Positions 18,493-33,780 of a stretch of 64,000 nt of DNA are shown one piece after another. The notes beneath the pieces were generated by a model. The model was not told the DNA's origin and searched no databases. It was given only the letters and a program-made list of their open reading frames with translations. How positions within the stretch are numbered: position 1 is the first letter of the stretch; every line of letters starts with the position of its first letter. Source of the DNA: the human T2T-CHM13v2.0 reference genome, Homo sapiens; assembly GCF_009914755.1 (NCBI RefSeq), contig NC_060942.1, one strand, 5' to 3'. Both the position numbers and the translations under genes were made by a program.

Positions 18493-19060
18493 CTGTACAG
18501 TTGCTAGCTGCTGCCATCATCATTGTCATTTCCTCATTTCTTTTAGACCCAAACTCTCACACTTTCCGGAATTATTTCTGGAGCCCCCCAGAAGGAATTG
18601 GTCTCTTTTATTCTAGATTCCCTAAGAGGCACAGAGGGATACTAGGGTGAGAAGATAGTGGTGGCTCACAGTCATCACTCTGTACTTACTAGTTTTGAAA
18701 ATGTATCAAATTGCTGACGTCTCTGAGCACCAGTTTCCCAATGTGTTAAAGAAGGATGGTGATACCCAACCCATGTCACAGGGTTTCGTCAGTAAATGCT
18801 AAACCATGTGGTAAGCAGATGTTCTCAGTGAGCACCAGGTCACTATTATTATGTTACTTGTCATGACGAGTTTTACTTGCCACCTTGTATTATAGTTGTG
18901 ATGACTATCTTTTTTCTAGCTCCACATTGGGACACATGAAATTATAGAGTTAAATGAACTCATTTGTAGATACTTGAAAATTGTAATAATCTTTGAATAT
19001 CTGTACCTGTTTGTGTCCAGATTCTTCTGGTTATTTTGACTTCCTTATACCCCAGTGTCC

Positions 19061-19159
19061 TTTTTTTTTTGGAGACAAGTTTTTTTCTCTTGCACAGGCT
19101 GAAGTGCAGTGGTGCCGTCGTAGCTCACTGCAACCCTGAAGTCCTGGGCTCAAGCAAAT
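19061..19159 (-). mobile_element. Short Alu 3' fragment (old, 5'-truncated)
   Basis: Poly-T, caggctgaagtgcagtggtg...gctcactgcaacc; flanking cccagtg repeat. Confidence 0.8.
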
Positions 19160-19189
19160 CCCAGTGCCTTATAAGCAGGCTTCCTCAAG

Positions 19190-19282
19190 GCCTGTTGTCT
19201 TACTCATCTGTATTTTCCTTATAGCATCTAGGTCAGTGCCTTGCTTATAATGGGCATTTGGCAAATGTTTGTTGAATGCATT
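19190..19282 (+). mobile_element. L2 3' end fragment
   Basis: cagtgccttgcttataatgggcatttggcaaatgtttgttgaatg. Confidence 0.65.
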
Positions 19283-20664
19283 TATCATTACTTAGTAATA
19301 AATACTAAACTATTTTTTAATGGGAAAATAGGCAGGTTTGGGTTCTCATGCACATGACCCACATTTGTCGAATGTCTGCTGTGTACCAGCCAGCAGCTTT
19401 CTTCCTTTAGTGCTATTTCCTGTTAGAGTGGGATAGTGGTATTTCAGTCCACCTGATGACCATTTAGGCCAATCACATGTTAATGGGAATTGAATGCATG
19501 CATTAAACACAACACCAGCGGGTGCTGTCCACATTAAAACCAGGAGGTCTGCTTCATTGGTTCTTGACTATATTGAAAGAGTTGGAAATCTGACCTGGGC
19601 ATTTGAGGTAGACTCTAAGGGGTGTAAGACGGCCCTTTGTTTTAGAGACTTAGGATTGGTGTGAGTGACTGGCAGGGACTGCTTTAGTGCCCAGACCTTT
19701 AGTAGCACAGACACAATATAGGAAAACTCTTCAAGGAAAACCAGCCCCAAATAAGAGAGTAGGTAATGTTCTGCTTCTCTTGCTTTATATTCTGCTTGCT
19801 TTACAGAATAATCTGAGATAGCTAATAATCAAAGTGCAGGTCCCCCAAAATGAAAGTGATCATCATAGAACCAGAAAAGAAGGGATAAAATACTGATTTC
19901 AAGGACTCCTGAAGCCAATGGCAGCTCTGAGTTTCCTGGCAGCCAAGACAAAGACAGAAGCATGCTGGGATGATGCATCCTCGGGCTCGGTAAAGGAAGC
20001 ACAGGACCTGCCTGCTGCTGTGGGCTCAGGGAAGTGAGTACTATTTTCCCTGTCTGGAGTGGGGAGGAGCACTTGTCTGTGGTAGGGTGAGGAGGACCAC
20101 TTCCTTGGGCTATCAGTCATTAAGGCCCCTTAACATCATGGCCGATTCTGAAATTACCTCTGAAAGTTGAGATTTATGTTAGACTGTAGCTCTCAAGCCA
20201 GTTCCCTTAGAGGCCAGAGTAATGACAGTGTAATTTACTTGCCACCTGCTTGAGAGAGACAATTGGTGGTTAAGGGACTTTCCCAAGGTGATAAATTGTT
20301 TTAGCAAACAGATCCAGAGGACAGCTCCTTTCCCCTGGTCTATGTATGCCTTTTGAACGCCAAGACCTTATCCTAAACTCAAGTTTCACGAATAGGATTA
20401 AAATACCCTTTGGGGACCTTTCTTACATTGAGAACAGAGGCTGGGCCACAGCTTGGCTAAAGCATTCCAGATCTCTCTTCTGAGCAAGAGATTTTGACTT
20501 GTTCATAAACCAGGCTCTCTCTCATAGTGGGCAAGGCCTTAAAAACAAACAAACCTGCAAAACCTGAGGAAACATCTTCCTCCTACGTACTTAGCTGATG
20601 TAGGCATTAATGGAAATGGATATTGGAGTGGGAGGCTCCTTTTAGGGGGCAGAAAAGAAAGAAT

Positions 20665-20989
<325 letters not shown>

Positions 20990-22413
20990 TAACTTGATTA
21001 TGGGTTATGGAAGTTTAGCAATGGCTTCAAAAAATGTCAGCAGGGAATGGATGTCTTTTTCTATCAGATGAAATTTCAGTAGTCATCTGATACAGCCAAC
21101 CAGGAGAAGGAAAACTACTAAGTAGAAAGACTTAGATAAGTGGAGTCGAACATCTCTGGGCTTAAAAGGAGCATCACTCCTGGCATATTCAGCGTGGCCC
21201 AGCTGTGTTTCTCTGAGGGCGATGTCCTCCTCAGGGTCTGTGAATGGCTGAACTCAGAACAAGGCTTTTGCAATCTGCGCCTTCTGAATACAGTTTTTGT
21301 TCTGTTGGTTTAATTTGCATTTGGTGTCTGGAGTGCCTGGTCATGGAAAGAGCCCGTTCTTTGTTTTGGGTAATGAGGGCTGAGGTTTCCAATAAGTATT
21401 TCTCGGTTCCGTCCGTGTCGAGTGTCATTTGAGTAGCAAGTGACTGTTGCTCATTGCACTGGGCCTGCGAGCCTCCATTTGCACATTAGATTTTTGCATA
21501 CCCTGCAATTAGTAAATTACAGAATGACATCATGAAATAGAAAACTGTATTCCCAGATGGAAATGCTTTCCGTATTCTATGCATTTTTATTCAAAGGCAG
21601 ATGCATTTGTAAACCTCTTTGGATGGTTGTTCTGCCTTTGTCAGTTACTTCATAGCAAATGTCAACTGTAAACCAAGAGAGAGAATGAGCCAGGATGGAG
21701 AACTTTTTTTTGTTTAATTGTGTCATGTTGGGTGCTTTTTGGAAAGTGGGTGAATTATTCATGATGACATGAATGGGGGTATTATTTTAAATTAGTATAG
21801 AAGCAAATGGTTCACAACCCATTTATTAAGACCCTAATGTTGATGTGGCTACCAAGAAGCTTTACCAGCAAGGGCCAGTGTGTTGCCTTCCTTGGTTGGT
21901 TAGTTTTTCTACATCCACTTAACTCCTAGCCTAATTTTATCTTTTTTTTCCTCTGTTTTTCTTTCCCTGAATGTTTATTTAAGCTCTGATAAATCATTTT
22001 GAATTAAGGTCGGGTATGTATTTCCTTTCTTCTCATCTTCTTCCCCCTCCATGACTGCCTGCATTTGAATACATTTCCATTGTGTGAGAGGCAGTAATGG
22101 TACAGAGGGGTGGGGGGTGGTGACTGCTTGGTGAGCTGTGGCTCACATGTCTCCAGAGACACAGGGCCTAGGAAGACTGATTAAAAATCAACTTTTAACT
22201 ACTATAACGGCTCACTTTCCTGAAACTTGTTATGCTGTAACCCCACCTATTGAAGACATAATCAGAACCAGAAAGTGAACAAAATTGACCCTGGAAATAT
22301 GTGGCAAAAATTCTGTGCAATAAGTATGATAACACTTTTCTTTCAGTGAATTCTCTCTCAGGGCCCACTCACAGAACCAATTTTGACATCAAATTTTCTT
22401 CCTTTTAAAAATA

Positions 22414-22738
22414 CAGTTAACCCCCACCCCCATCTGCAGGTTCTCCCTCTGCAGATTCAACCAACTGCAGATTGAAGATATTCAGAAATTTAGAAAAATG
22501 AAAAATAACAATATAACAAAAAGTAATGCAAATAACGCAGTATCACATCTATTTATGTAGCACTTGTGTTGTATTAGGTATTATATGTAATCTAGAGATG
22601 ATTTAAAGTATATGAGAGGGTGTGTGTAGGTTATATGCAAATCCTATACCATTTTATGTCAGAGACTTGAGGATCTGTGAATTTTAGTATCCTCAGGTGT
22701 CCTGGAACTACTCCACCATCAATGCTGAGGGACAACTG
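22414..22738 (+). mobile_element. Tigger3a-like (TcMar) MITE
   Basis: cagtt... and ...gagggacaactg termini with TA on both sides; gtattaggtattatatgtaatctagagatgatttaaagtata core. Confidence 0.85.
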
Positions 22739-23066
22739 TATATAATATAAAATAAATAAAATATGTACTGTAAAATTGTAATCTTGAAAGTTTGATCCTG
22801 TGGCAGCTGCTATTTTCAGGCAGCTCAGCCTTTGTTTGCATGCTCAAAACCAGCTTGTGATTTGGTTTCTAAGATCACGGCTGGCTTATTATCTGTGCTG
22901 GCTTATCATGACAGTGGCTCGGTGTTATGGACACAGTGAGCATTTGGTGTCGATACTCCCAGAATGAACTGAGTAGAATGGACAGGAGACTGACCTTTGT
23001 CTATTTGTCTATGTAGCAGTAATGCCACTAACTTGTTGCAGTGCTCTTTATCCTCAAACTATTTGC

Positions 23067-23180
23067 TATATATAGTAATGCTTAAATTACATATATTATA
23101 TATATTACATATACATATTATATATGTGGATATATTATATATTATAATTATATATAATATATATAATTATATATTATATA
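23067..23180. repeat. AT-rich low-complexity tract
   Basis: Nearly pure degenerate (TA)n/(TAT)n. Confidence 0.85.
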
Positions 23181-24698
23181 GATGGTTCTGACTTTGCACA
23201 GTTCTGATATGCATGAGTTGCAATTACCATGATTTAAATAATACCAGTTCCCCAACAACTCTAGTCAAATCTCAGTTACCCCCGTGTGTTAATTGAGTAA
23301 TTGCATGAAGTACACAAGCTTGCTGCTAGTGCTTCAGTATACAACTCACCATGTAAATAACAGATGCATGTCAGAATCCGTGGCCAATCACAGCACTTCT
23401 TTCAAAGCCCATGGGTGATTGGTCAGTGCACATGTTCCTTAGTTCATGCACAGACAGCAGAGTGTGTAGTTCTGTGGCCTTCTTGGCTATTGGGGATAAA
23501 CCAGTGTGACATTTTACAAAAATACCAAAAATCGAGAGGGAATTGGTGAACGAAGATAAAAGTGCAGCAAAGAAGCTGAAAGTGATAATGCTAGAAGTGA
23601 AACCAAAACCTACATGGAATTATAGAAGAAATAGCTGACTGTGGGAATATTGGCAGTACAGCTGTTGGAGAGACTGCCTGCGCAGCCCGAGGAGGAGAAT
23701 GCAGGTTTACCACATAAACAAGGAAAGTGGTTGTGAAGAAAAGAATAAAGCTGTCCTAGAGGACATGACCTTGGCAAAACAAACAAATTTCACATTAAAG
23801 GATCTCTCAGAACCATTTCCCAGCATAGAAAATGCAAAGGATGAAATGTATGCTTATTCAAACTTACGGCTCCTAGCAGCACTGTTCACAATAGTGGAAA
23901 GGTAGAAACAGCCCAGTTATCCATCAGTGGGTGAATAGATTAACAAATGGATGAATAGATTAAAAAACAGATTGTGATATATCCACGCACTGGAATATTG
24001 ATTTAAAAAGGGACGAAGTACTGATACCTGCTACAATGCGGATGAACCTGAAAGATACCATGCTAAGTGAAAGAAGCCAGATACAAAGGTCACATATGAT
24101 AAGGTTCTATTTATATGAACGATCTTGGTAAATCTGTAGAGAAAGAACACAGATTTGTGGTTTGGTTTCTAAGATCACAGCAAGCTTATCTCTAAGATCG
24201 GGGCTGGGGCGCGGTAGGGAAATGAGGAACAACTGCTTAATGGATGTGGAGATTCCTTCTGGGGCGACAGAAAATGTTTTGCAACCACGCGGACGTGGTG
24301 GTTGTATGACATTGTGAATGTACTAAATGCGCTTAATTGTTTACTTTAAAATGGTGATGTTATATGAATTTCACCTCGATTTTAAAAACGTGACATTTCA
24401 CCAAGTCATAGAAAAGATGCTTCGCTTGTATAAGTTATGCGACAAAAAGATAAGCACTTTTAAATATTTCTTGATAAGTTTTTTGTTTCCAGGGTTTTAA
24501 ATGGCAACGTGCTGAATATTTCACTATTTTTCACTTCCTTGTACATTTATAACTGACAGTAATAGAGTTTTTAATGCTTTGACAAAATTTTTAAGAAGTC
24601 ACAGAACAATTGCATTTTTTCCTTTTCATCACTAACATTGTTTTGCACCGTTTCAGCTTCTATGGACATTCTTATGGTTTCATACTGAGTACTGCCTG
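23180..24698 (+). mobile_element. Tigger13a-like DNA transposon relic, split by L1
   Basis: gcacagttctgatatgca...gtaattgcatgaagtac...aaagtgcagcaaagaag...ttcagctt...actgcctg. Confidence 0.7.
23850..24388 (+). mobile_element. L1MB-like 3' end inside the Tigger element
   Basis: agcagcactgttcacaatag...gatgaacctgaaagataccatgctaagtgaaagaagccagatacaaagg...tatatgaatttcacctc. Confidence 0.88.
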
Positions 24699-25229
24699 TG
24701 CACATGTATTTCACTACACCCCCGACCCCCAACCAACCCCTCCACCCCCCAAACACATCCCATACCCATTACAGCACGTTGTTGCAGGGAGGATTCTGAG
24801 ATGCGTCTTCTACAATAGAAAAAGATGTGCTGGGCTTGCTGTGAAAAAGCAGAGGAAGTTAGAGGTGGGATATTAGTGGTGAAGTTGGTAGAACCTCAGC
24901 TGCTTCTAGGGAAGAGGGAAGGTAAAGTCAGCAGGTATTAGGGACCAGGGGAAGCCTGTAACTTATAAGGTATGGTAACTATCAGAGCAGTTTGTGGGAT
25001 TGGCTAGCAGCTGTGTGGCCAGTAGCTGGAAGAACCAGTGGTCTGGACATGTCCTAGTTTTGAGAAATCTGTCGGCAAGGAGAGCGCTAGGACTGAAGGT
25101 ATGATGCCTGAAGCCCAGAAACGCATAATGGGCTGTGACAATGCTGTTTCACTTGAGCTCATCGGATGCTTTCGAGGATTCAATCCATATCTCCCTGTTC
25201 TCCCTGCATTTTGACACAGGCCGTGCTTG

Positions 25230-25362
25230 CATGACAGTTGGGTTAGTGTATTCCCCTCTCCACCAGAGACTTGGGAGGGTAGGGGAGTGTGCCTTAGTCA
25301 TTCTCGAGACTCCTGTGCCTGGCAGTGCCTAGCAACGGCTTAATAAATACTTGCTAATGAAC
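25230..25362 (+). mobile_element. L2 3' end fragment
   Basis: cctgtgcctggcagtgcctagca...cttaataaatacttgctaatgaa. Confidence 0.62.
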
Positions 25363-26349
25363 CTAATTATTATGACATTAAGATTTTAATCTAAATCTTC
25401 TAAATGACTATGGGAATCTGTTTATTTTTGCTTAGGATCATTGGTAATGTTTTCTGGCCAAAGCTGCTTTTTTGTCTGAGCTGTGTGTTTATTTTTCATT
25501 CCTGTCTCTTATTTATATTGTGAAAATGATTAAGAAAAATAGGTGGTATGGCTCATGGTCTGATATCACGAGTCAATGTGTTGTTTTGAAGCCAACTCCA
25601 CACATAATGGTTCAAGCCCTCTGACTACATCTTAGTTTTACTCCAGATTTTCTCCATCAATGTTGCTTGCATTTTTCAGTGGTACTTTTTGGAAGGAAAG
25701 AATACGAAAGCCAGCCCGCAAAAGATCACTGGGTGGGGGTCATAGTCTGTGATGGTGACTGAATTATCTGGTAAAGCATATTTTTGCCGTTTTCAGGGTC
25801 AGGCTTCAGCATAATGAGATTCCAGAAATTGTTATGAAAAAAGAAACCTTAGGTTACCCAGCAGCTAAATGATTACTGCATCAGCTAGCAGCTCCGGAAT
25901 GGCCATTTGGCCCTGTAGAAAGATCATTCTTGGGCAGGCTGTTGATGTGGAGAGTGAGAGGAGCAGCTGTTCTTTCACCTGAGGCCCCATCTGGGTAGCA
26001 GATGGTCCCCAGCTAGGCACAAGCCCTGTGTAGGGACATCCGTGCTGCCCAGGATCCTGGGACACTGCCCAAATCAACTGTCAGGCTGGGAGCCTGTGTC
26101 CAGAACTGTGGATGGCATTCACTTTGGGTTGTGGAAGTTGGTTTGTACCTACTCTTAAGTCTTGCCCCTTCAACTCCAGCTCAGGCTTTTTAACCCTAGT
26201 AGAAGCTTTCTTATCTGTAGGTATTTAAGATAAGTTTGAACCTACTGGTCTGTGGGAAGGTACCGAAAAAGCCAAAAGCTGCAGCTCCTGGGGAGCTTAC
26301 AGGCTCCCCCTTGTTGAGAGTCTCCCGAGTGCTAGGTACTGTGGGTTTA

Positions 26350-26560
26350 AGGGAGACCCTGCAGTGGTCAAAAGGCTGCCTGGTGAAGGGGGGCCGGTTC
26401 CCATACTTCTCAGATGTGCCTTTGGGCAAGCCACTTGCCTCCTGGTGCTTCTCTTTTGTCATCTGTTAAAGGGGTTAGTGAAGGACCCTTCTCATAGGGT
26501 TGTTATGAAGATTAAATGATTTAAAGTATGCAGAGTGCTAAGAACAGTGCCTGGCAGATG
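26350..26560 (+). mobile_element. MIR
   Basis: ttgggcaagccactt...catctgttaaagggg...tcatagggttgttatgaagattaaatga. Confidence 0.8.
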
Positions 26561-26785
26561 ATTAAAAAAATTGTTACAGAAATACAGTACAATAACATTT
26601 TTGGTCACATTTAATCCTCAAAGCAATCATGCAGAAAGGGCAATTGTCATACCTATTTTGCATGAGAGACTCAACCACTCGCCCAAAGTCACAGTGCTAG
26701 AAAGGACTTGAGCCAGGATCTGAACCTGTCCCCTGAAATCTTCACCTGCTTTGCTTCTTGACACGGCAGGAGAATGATGAGGAAG

Positions 26786-27177
26786 TGGGTTAGTCTGCTA
26801 GGGCTGCTGTAACAACTGCAGATGGGGTGGCCAAAACCTCAGACATTTATTTATTTTTTTAATATAATCTTGGATGTTGGAAGTCGAAGATCAAAGTGTT
26901 GACAGGCATGGGTTCTTCTGAGACATCCCTCCTTGGCTTGCAATTGGTCACCTTCTTGCTTCTTCACATGGTCCTCCTTCTGTGTGTGACTGTGTCCAAA
27001 TTTCCTTTCTGTAAGGACACAGCCATATTGGATTAGGCCCACCCTATTGACCTCATCTTAACTTATTTACTCCTTTAAAAACCCTGACTCCTTATACAGT
27101 CACACTCCGAGGTACTGGGGATTAGGATTTCAATGTATGAATTTTGGAGGTGAGAGGACACAATTCAGCCAATACCA
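26786..27177 (-). mobile_element. MaLR LTR (MLT1B-like)
   Basis: ttagtctgctagggctgctgtaacaa...gattaggcccaccct...gaggtactggggattagg...gacacaattcagcc. Confidence 0.88.
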
Positions 27178-27309
27178 GTAAATGATTAGTAATCAAACAC
27201 AGGGATTGAATACGCAGATATTAAGGATTGGAATGAAGCCAGAATTTGGAAGGATTAGAACTGATGGAGGCAGGTGCTTGGTCTGGGTGATTTTTGAAAA
27301 TGATTTTCA

Positions 27310-27609
27310 GGCCAGGTGAGGTGGCTGATTCCTGTAATCCCAGCACTTTTGGAGGCCGAGGCTGGCAGATCACTTGAGGCCAGGAGTTTGAGACCAGTCT
27401 GGGTAACATGGCAAAACCCTGTCTCTACAAAAATTACAAAATATCAGCCAGAAGTGGTGGCTTGTGCCTGTAGGCCCAGCTCCTCTGGAGGCTGAGGTGG
27501 GAGGATCACTGGAGCCTGGGAAGTCAAGTCTGCAGTGAGCAAAGATCTGTGCCTCTGCACCCCAAGCTGGACAACAGAGCAAGACCCTGTCTCCAGAAAA
27601 AAAAAAAAA
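27310..27609 (+). mobile_element. AluJ
   Basis: cacttgaggccaggagtttgagacc, gggaggatcactggagcctggg; poly-A. Confidence 0.95.
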
Positions 27610-27660
27610 GGCTTTCAACAGAGTCAGTCGTGGACAAAGAGGAAAGGACTTTTTTCCTCC

Positions 27661-27893
27661 CCTGCAGCTTTAACCTCCCAGGCTCATATGATCCTCCCAT
27701 TCCGGCCTCCCAAGTAATTGGGACTACAGGTACGCATGCCACTATGCCCAGCTAATTTTTTTTTTGTATTTTTAGTAAAGATGGGGTTTTGCCATCTTGC
27801 TTCTGCTGGTCGTGAACTCCTGGGCTCAAGCAATCCTCCTGCCTTAGCCTCCCAAAGTACTGGGATTACAGGCATGAGCCACTGCACCCAGCT
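27661..27893 (-). mobile_element. AluJ lacking its last ~55 nt
   Basis: TSD ggaaaggacttttt at 27641-27654 and 27894-27907 is intact, but the 3' end of the right arm is absent. Confidence 0.9.
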
Positions 27894-28232
27894 GGAAAGG
27901 ACTTTTTGTGCGGTGAGAGGAGGATCCTCAGAATACGGAGATCTGGGGTCCGCAGACCCATTGTGGGATGCACATTGATTTAGTTAGATCTTGAGTGAAG
28001 AGATACTGTGTTAGCTGACTGCGTGATAAACGTTAGCCTGAGAAATTAGTTTGTTATTTTGATAGGCATTTGAGTCATTTATTGAACTAAAAGCTTTGGG
28101 GTGCCTCATGTACTAGGCACGAAATCACAGTACAGTTCTTATCAGGGGAGAGATCATTTGGGTCTCAGTTTCCTAAAAGTAGCTTTTAACTCCAAAATTG
28201 TTTTAATCTATGTTTGTAGAGGAACATCATGA

Positions 28233-28850
<618 letters not shown>

Positions 28851-28974
28851 AATGCTATGCAAGAAGGTAGAAAGTTGAAAGTGGATAGCTAAAAGTGGAG
28901 GCAAATTAAGGGACTTCTTAAAATATTTTTATTTAATAGAAAACAATATATAGCAAGAAAATTTGGATCAATTC

Positions 28975-30060
28975 TTTCATGCATTCAACAATTGAAGTCT
29001 GAGAACCAGCCGTGATTAGGTGCTCCAAATTAGAATAAGGCAAGGCTCCTGCCCTCATTGAGCTTCCAGGCAGGCGGGAAGCCCAGGAGGGCGTGATAAG
29101 TGCTACAATTCAGGTGTGTTCAGGTTGTCATGCAGGTATTGAAGAGGGCTACTTTTGGATTTATGCCCACAGAAGAGTTTCACAGTTTCTGAATTTTTGC
29201 CCCAGGATGGGAGCAGGCACTTGCATTAACATTTGAATTAATCACCCAGAGAAGAGTGGAAAAGTTATTTCAGGCAATGGTAACAGCATGTGCAGAAGTC
29301 TAGAGGGATGGGAGAGGCCACATGGCATGGTTGGAAAATAGCAGCTCAGGAATCCATTTGCTGTGGGGGTGGTAAGTGGAGGACTAGATTTGTGAAAGGG
29401 GACAGATCACACAGGCTTTGGGAACAACTAGGAGGTTTTTTTTTTGTTTTTTTTTTTTTTTTTGAGACGGAGTCTCACTCCATCACCCAGGCTGGAGTGC
29501 AGTGGCATGATCTCGGCTCACTCAACCTCTGCCTCCTGGGTACAAGCAACCCTCCTGCCTCAGCCTCCCAAGTAGCTGGGATTACAGGTGCCCCCCACCA
29601 CACCTGGCTAATTTTGTATTTTTAGTAGAGACGGGGTTTCGCCATGTTGGCCAGGCTGGTCTCTAACTCCTGACCTCGTGACCCACCTGCCTTGGCCTCC
29701 CAAAGTGCTAGGATTACAGGCATGAGCCACCAAACCCGGCTGACTAGGAGATTTTTAAGCAGGGAAGCAATTTGATGATATTTACAGTTTTAGGAAGACC
29801 AAACTGACAGCAGCTTGGAGGCTGATTTGGAAAGGAGGCAGAGTGGAAGGCAGGGTTGTTGAGGGGGGATGTTTTAGAAAGATTTTGTGATGATTCTGCT
29901 GAGACTGAGGTTCTGAACTTGGGCTGCCCTAGGGCTGCCCTACAGCAGCCCAGGAGGACAGATTGCAGAGCTTTGAGATAGTTGGCATCAAGATGGGTGT
30001 GTCTGGGGTGGGCATGACTGGGTTTCTAGCTTGGGTGTCCAAGTGGATAAATAGCCTTTC
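28975..30060 (-). mobile_element. L2 3' region split by an Alu
   Basis: ttcatgcattcaacaa, cctgccctcattgagctt, tttcaggcaatggtaacagcatgtgcagaag, ttttaagcagggaag. Confidence 0.75.
29436..29741 (-). mobile_element. AluS
   Basis: Full dimer; TSD actaggag. Confidence 0.95.
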
Positions 30061-30224
30061 ATGTGGAGGCTGAGGGCATGGGCAGGTTGAGTACTGTCCT
30101 TCTTCCCCAAAGGTAGCTGGCCAGCCATGGGAGTCAATCCACATGGGATGGAAGGATGGAGAATGCCAGCTCCTCTTTAAAGACTTGGCCCTGAAGAATA
30201 GAGCTTGCAATTTTGTATCTAGGG

Positions 30225-30605
30225 TAGTCATTAAGATCCGTTCACACAGGTTTGGATCTTTAATCTCCAGAATAGAGGGTGGGATGCTCCCTGCTCCATT
30301 GAGCCCAGGTCATCATGTGACAACCTGTGACTAATTAGGCAGTGAGCTGATGAGATTCGTGTGGCTCTTGAGCTAAGCTTTTGAAGCCAGGGTGAGACTC
30401 TCTGGCCCTCATTATCTCAGCTGTGGTGCTTGGCATGTCCCAGAAGGTAGCCGTGCTGTGGACCTCAGTCCCCGAGGGAGCGCTGTGCCACCTCCACCCA
30501 CGATGGACCTGCCCTGAGAGAGAAGCCTTTGTTTTAGGCTCTTTAAGATGACATGGGGATTTTGGTGGTGTTTTTCTAGCCTAATCTAGCCCTTCCTGAC
30601 TCAAG
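30225..30605 (+). mobile_element. Old MaLR LTR (MLT1I/J-like)
   Basis: ccctgctccattgag...catgtgac...gagagaagcctttgtt...ctagcctaatctagcccttcctgact. Confidence 0.5.
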
Positions 30606-30829
30606 TTTTTGTGTAAGAGACCAAACCTTGCTCATTTTCTTTTCCTTAGCTACAAATCAGTTTTGAACTTACCCTTTTTCAGTATATGCCTGTGCATGTG
30701 TATGCCTTTGTGCGCAGGCAGACAAATATAGCTAGGACCAAAAGCATTTCTGCTGTTACCATTATCCTTTTGTCCAAGGTATTTTTCAATGAACTAAATG
30801 TCAGAAACACACACGCTTTCTTAAAAAAG

Positions 30830-31858
<1,029 letters not shown>

Positions 31859-32215
31859 CCCTGTTGTTTTATGTCATTTAACACCAAACTTAGATCACAT
31901 TTCTGCATTACTGACTTTGCACATACCGTCCCCAACTTGCAACTTATGCTGTCATTAACTTGTGTAGATTTATCCATGTTTGGCTGTTTATGAGGATTTG
32001 TCCGTGTCAACATGTATGTTTCATAAGGACATTCTTACCTTCCATTACCAGACCTACATTCTCAATTTAAGATTTGATATTTTTTCAGTGTTTAGGTTTT
32101 CAATTGAATCAACTGACAAGTTTAGTGGCTTAAACTTTCAAGCTTAAACTGAAATGCCAATCTTGTTTTAGACCAAAAATTACATCCTATCTCTTCTCTT
32201 AATTGAGGAACTTAG

Positions 32216-32659
<444 letters not shown>

Positions 32660-32703
32660 CATTATATATACATTTTTAATATAATGTGAAATCATGTGGT
32701 CTC

Positions 32704-33042
32704 TACTATAGACTGAATATTTGCATCCTAAACCCCAATGGGATGGTATTAGGAGGTGGGGCCTTTGGGACGTGATTAGGTCCTGAGGGTAGAGCCCTCA
32801 TGAATGGGATTAGTGCCCTTATAAGAAGAGGCCAAGTGAGCTTGTTTGCTCCTTCTACCATGTGAGGATACAGCAAAGAACGTGCTTTCTGTGAACCAGG
32901 AAGTGGCCCTAGTCAGACACTGAATTTGCCAGCACCTTGATCTTGGACTTCCCAGCCTCCAAACCTGTGAGAAATAAGTTTCGGTTATTTATAAACCACG
33001 CAGTCTGTGATAGTTTGTTAGAGGAACCCAAACTTAAAGGCA
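32704..33042 (+). mobile_element. MaLR solo LTR (MLT1A0-like)
   Basis: gatggtattaggaggtggggcctttggga...gagccctcatgaatgggattagtgcccttataag...ttggacttcccagcctcc; decayed 5-bp TSD gtctc/gcttc. Confidence 0.9.
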
Positions 33043-33089
33043 GCTTCTAAAGGGGAGCAATGCTGACCACTCTGTAGTTTGTATATTTG

Positions 33090-33780
33090 GTCAACACACT
33101 TTATTGAGTGATGAGTCTGAATTTCATGCTTGATTGATGATGATTGGTGACAGAGTAGACAAGGTCCCTGCTTCATGGAGTCTATGGTCTAGTTGGGGAA
33201 ATATACCTTTATTGAATCAAGGCAGATGTGATTACAGATTGAACAATGGCTGTAGAAGGAAAGGGATTTCCAAGAGAGAATTAGAGGGGCTTCTCAAATT
33301 GAGTTTGACTTTCTCTTTGGTGGGGGTTGAGTCAGGAAGAACCTTTTTGAAGCAGGAAAAATCTTTAGCTGAGACCTAAAGGAAGGGGAGGAGCTTGCCT
33401 GGGAAGGACACTGTGGTGGCTGGAGGGGGTTTCCCAGGCAGGGACACTCTGGCAGGTTAGAGTAACTGAAATAAAGTCTGTATTGGAGTGCAGAGACTGC
33501 CAGAAGAGGGGCTCATAGAGGCCAAAGTGGGACGGCCTTACGGACGAGCTGATAATTTGGGCATTATTCAAGGTGGGGTGCTATGTCATTGAAGGGTTTT
33601 AGCAGAGGGGAGGCATTATCCAAGTTAAAGAACAAAACAAAACAAAACAAAACCCACTCTAGTTGCTGTGTGGCAGATGGATTGGGATTGGGGGTGTGGG
33701 GTTGGTGGCAAGAATAGATGCAGGGGGACAAGTTATGAACTGAGACTGGGACCTCATGGGTCTTCCTGCCCAAGACCGAG
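33090..33780 (-). mobile_element. L2 3' region
   Basis: agacaaggtccctgcttcatggag, tttagctgagacctaaagga, cattgaagggttttagcagaggg. Confidence 0.78.
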
